Shown here: piece after piece, positions 25,148 through 25,377 of the stretch
How the letters are laid out: every line of letters starts with the position of its first letter
Numbering within the stretch: the first letter of the stretch is position 1
DNA from: a virus
Lineage: Duplodnaviria; Caudoviricetes
Virus record (IMG/VR): IMGVR_UViG_3300034161_000029
Location: 1 to 25,377 of that record
Strand: one strand, 5' to 3'
Length of the DNA stretch: 25,377 nt
The notes under the pieces: model-generated
The model's database searches: none
Told to the model about the DNA's origin: nothing
Seen by the model: the letters and a program-made list of their open reading frames with translations, nothing else
Program-made: the position numbers and the translations under genes

Positions 25148-25176
25148 AGTGCGCTACCGGACTGCGCTACGCCCCG
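25100..25176 (-). tRNA. tRNA-Pro(GGG)
   Basis: CGGGGCGTAGCGCAGTCCGGTAGCGCACTAGCATGGGGTGCTAGGGGTCGAGTGTTCGAATCACTCCGTCCCGACCA; 77 nt, cloverleaf, anticodon GGG, CCA end. Confidence 0.97.
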
Positions 25177-25267
25177 ACTAGGCGTGAATCTGTTGTCGCT
25201 TCTTGCGAAAACGTCGAGGAATATACCCTAAGCGTTTGAATGATGGAAGTATTTTGATTCACCTGCT

Positions 25268-25377
25268 TCAGGTGCGAAGCACAACCAAGACGTCTTCCAG
25301 TTCAGTGATCATTTGTTTGATCAGTTGCTTGTACTGCAGGGAATCATCCTTGACCTCATCGCTGGACATCCGCAAGC
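25268..25377 (-). CDS. C terminus of a host gene, probably the MerR-family regulator preceding tRNA-Pro (partial)
   Basis: ...LRMSSDEVKDDSLQYKQLIKQMITELEDVLVVLRT*; matches the recalled Pseudomonas ihfA-merR-tRNA-Pro arrangement. Confidence 0.65.
   Translation of the reverse strand, partial: LRMSSDEVKDDSLQYKQLIKQMITELEDVLVVLRT

Overview
Pseudomonas-like chromosomal window containing a complete but heavily degraded lambdoid/HK97-type prophage of about 23.3 kb. It lies between a 54-bp direct repeat (1818-1871 and 25094-25147) that duplicates the 3' end of tRNA-Pro(GGG) at 25100-25176 (minus strand), downstream of a host MerR-family gene. Both ends look intact. The right arm carries integrase, excisionase, early accessory genes, a C5 DNA methyltransferase and reverse-oriented, AT-richer HNH-like and HEPN-like cargo. 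The left arm carries LexA-boxed umuDC (rulAB-type), a SRAP peptidase, an endolysin-like gene with Rz/Rz1, and tail-tip genes. The middle (about 9.8-16.75 kb) appears to be a patchwork of roughly ten deletion junctions. No repressor, replication, Q, terminase, portal, tail tube or tape measure gene is recognisable, and what remains includes chimeric ORFs (gpL-gpK fusion, truncated capsid, chimeric gpM, headless gpJ). The best novelty candidates are this serial-deletion scar, a promoter/terminator-bounded antisense sRNA paired with a 37-aa Cys/His/Arg peptide (5027-5372), and three candidate defence nucleases. All protein assignments come from motif recognition only; no database searches were run.
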